From an uncultured Bacillota bacterium (GTDB taxonomy: Bacteria > Bacillota > Clostridia > Christensenellales > UBA1242): a stretch of DNA of 64,000 nucleotides. Positions 63,811 to 64,000 of this stretch are shown here, one piece after another. The stretch covers positions 13,485 through 77,484 of the forward strand of contig CASFBF010000010.1 in assembly GCA_949292985.1 (NCBI GenBank). The letters run 5' to 3'. Every line of letters starts with the position of its first letter. Positions within the stretch are counted from its first letter, which is position 1. Under the pieces are notes generated by a model that did not search any database, was not told the origin of the DNA, and worked only from the letters and a program-made list of their open reading frames with translations. Both the position numbers and the translations under genes were made by a program.

Positions 63811-64000
63811 GCACATTTGGCTCACTGGTAGAAATTATAATATTCCTAATTTGGCCATCGTTTGATAAAACACTAAACAACCACAACGTACCATTTTCTT
63901 GTCCTGTTAAAACATCCATAACCCTTAAATATGCCTCGGCATTGAAATTCTTGCCTTGACAAAGAGGCTCAATAAAATCTTTCAAATATTCAACGCCTAT
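63782..64000 (-). CDS. Hypothetical protein, C-terminal part (5' end outside window)
   Basis: The frame stays open upstream of the track's TTG start (…IGVEYLKDFIEPLCQGKNF…) to the window edge. No family recognised. Confidence 0.4.
   Translation of the reverse strand: MGVEYLKDFIEPLCQGKNFNAEAYLRVMDVLTGQENGTLWLFSVLSNDGQIRNIIISTSEPNVLADDSADMI

Noticed and set aside
1-64000. Search by eye for CRISPR arrays, IS elements or transposases, rRNA genes, and toxin-antitoxin or restriction-type defence genes
   Set aside because: I saw no regularly spaced direct repeats, no transposase- or integrase-like ORF, and no rRNA-like conserved segments. No ORF carries motifs I could assign to known defence systems. 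Absence is based on visual inspection only.

Overview
AT-rich chromosomal window, roughly one-third GC by eye (not computed), standard genetic code. It looks like a spore-forming, low-GC Firmicute of Clostridia type, given a gerA-type germinant receptor operon and a Spo0A_C-domain gene. Most genes are on the minus strand and are housekeeping. In window order: a partial Spo0A_C-like gene, vanW-like, cca, a P-type ATPase, ftsH with a coupled membrane protein, and gerAA/AB/AC-like genes. These are followed by a block of lineage-specific envelope proteins that includes a tandem paralogue pair, then leuS and the L10 leader with rplJ-rplL. Next come an E/K-rich coiled-coil membrane protein, ssrA (tmRNA), smpB, rnr, secG, a FIST-aldehyde dehydrogenase pair and a 660-aa lipoprotein. 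tRNA-Thr(GGU) follows, with a ~3-kb integrase-less island bounded by a 45-bp exact repeat of the tRNA 3' end. After it come an ABC transporter (2 ATPases + permease), an FkbM methyltransferase, dapB, a yjbQ-family gene, an RNHCP protein, two unknowns and rpoC-rpoB. Directly upstream of rpoB sits a 3,382-aa GLUG-repeat lipoprotein, translationally coupled to an orphan VirB3/VirB4-like ATPase. The window ends with a PRC-barrel-like protein, a DUF1858-like protein and hflX. I saw no rRNA, CRISPR array, transposase or integrase. The most unusual observations are: (1) the orphan T4SS-type ATPase + giant surface lipoprotein module wedged against rpoBC; (2) seven genes whose ATG lies 6-8 nt after a near-consensus sigma-70 -10 box with no Shine-Dalgarno, implying leaderless mRNAs; (3) the tRNA-Thr island remnant and its internal 62-nt repeats; (4) a 95-nt GC-rich nested palindrome with a cloverleaf-like fold. 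All functional calls come from reading motifs in the supplied translations or my own translations. No database search was run.
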